Shown: positions 63,400 through 64,000 of the stretch, in pieces
How positions within the stretch are numbered: position 1 is the stretch's first letter
Layout: the number at the start of each line of letters is the position of its first letter
Source of the DNA: Harriotta raleighana
Taxonomy: Eukaryota
NCBI GenBank assembly: GCA_050575255.1
Contig: JBNZDD010013685.1
Location: 5,141,517 to 5,205,516, forward strand
Direction of reading: 5' to 3'
Length of the DNA: 64,000 nt
The notes under the pieces: generated by a model
The model's database searches: none
What the model was told of the DNA's origin: nothing
The model's input: only the letters and a program-made list of their open reading frames with translations
Position numbers and translations under genes: made by a program

Positions 63400-63650
63400 A
63401 TATTCTATAATTGAGCTTTGCACAAAAATCAGATTAAAATCTTGCTAGCTCTGTGACCTCCTAAACCCTTACCAACCTGCCTGCTCCCTCCACTCAGCGG
63501 ACTTCGGCCTGCTTCATATCCCCACCTTGCAATGCCCCACCATTGGCTGGCGAGCCTTCAGCCTCTCCACCCTCACCCTTGAACTCCATCCCACAATCGT
63601 TCTGCCTCAGCGCTTTGGGATGTCCTCCCGACGTGAAAGGAGCTATACAG
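63400..63650 (+). mobile_element. L2 LINE 3' end
   Basis: CCTTACCAACCTGCC...CCCACCATTGGCTGGCGAGCCTTCAGC...CAGCGCTTTGGGATGTCCTCCCGACGTGAAAGG. Confidence 0.75.
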
Positions 63651-63774
63651 CCTTGAGGTGAAGAATCAATTTATTGGCTATAAATACTCCTTCAGTGATG
63701 ACTGATTGCCATCAGTGTGGAATTGAATCTGTGGTGGTGGTGGGGCTATTAGCAAAATAGTGGGTGGAACATTG

Positions 63775-64000
63775 TACTCATTCTCCCAGCTAAGTTCATT
63801 CACCTTTAAATCCCATCATGTCTTAGCACCTCCCTGGTCACTTAACCCATACTTCTTGCCTGTCTGCTCATCCCCTGTCTCCCACTGCCCATATTGGTGA
63901 TGTAAACTTCAGTTACTATACCCCCATGCACTGGAACACCCTCCCTTTATTCCTCCACCTCGCCGCCTCTCTCTCTGACTTTCAGCTAAAGTCTATCTCC
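63775..64000 (+). mobile_element. L2 ORF2 C-terminal relic running off the window
   Basis: TTCACCTTTAAATCCCATCATG...CTGGAACACCCTCCCT...CTCCACCTCGCC. Confidence 0.55.

Overview
This is AT-rich, repeat-dense, apparently non-coding vertebrate DNA (large intron or gene desert). The repeats point to a cartilaginous fish, probably a chimaera: L2 and CR1 LINE fragments, Deu-domain SINEs, a young tRNA-derived SINE with an L2-type tail, a shark-type Penelope inverted repeat and a pogo/Tigger-like MITE. The taxon is inferred from repeat families only. I can support no host protein-coding exon; every recognisable long ORF is a piece of L2 or CR1 ORF2. The window has 16 single-'n' joins, most flanked by duplicated sequence, so the apparent 4.7-kb duplication at about 17.8-28.5 kb is most likely unmerged haplotypes, one carrying a 1,977-bp deletion. 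The most notable items are: a Penelope hairpin with a hammerhead-ribozyme-like core and a 12-bp target-site duplication (TSD); an 83-nt hairpin with perfect 16-bp arms; a cluster of ten TGACA (Meis/TALE) motifs; other enhancer-like repeat-free blocks; a SINE promoter split by a locally templated insertion; and nested insertions into SINE tails. I see no convincing evidence of a wholly new biological system. Repeat boundaries are approximate unless a TSD or terminal inverted repeat (TIR) is given.
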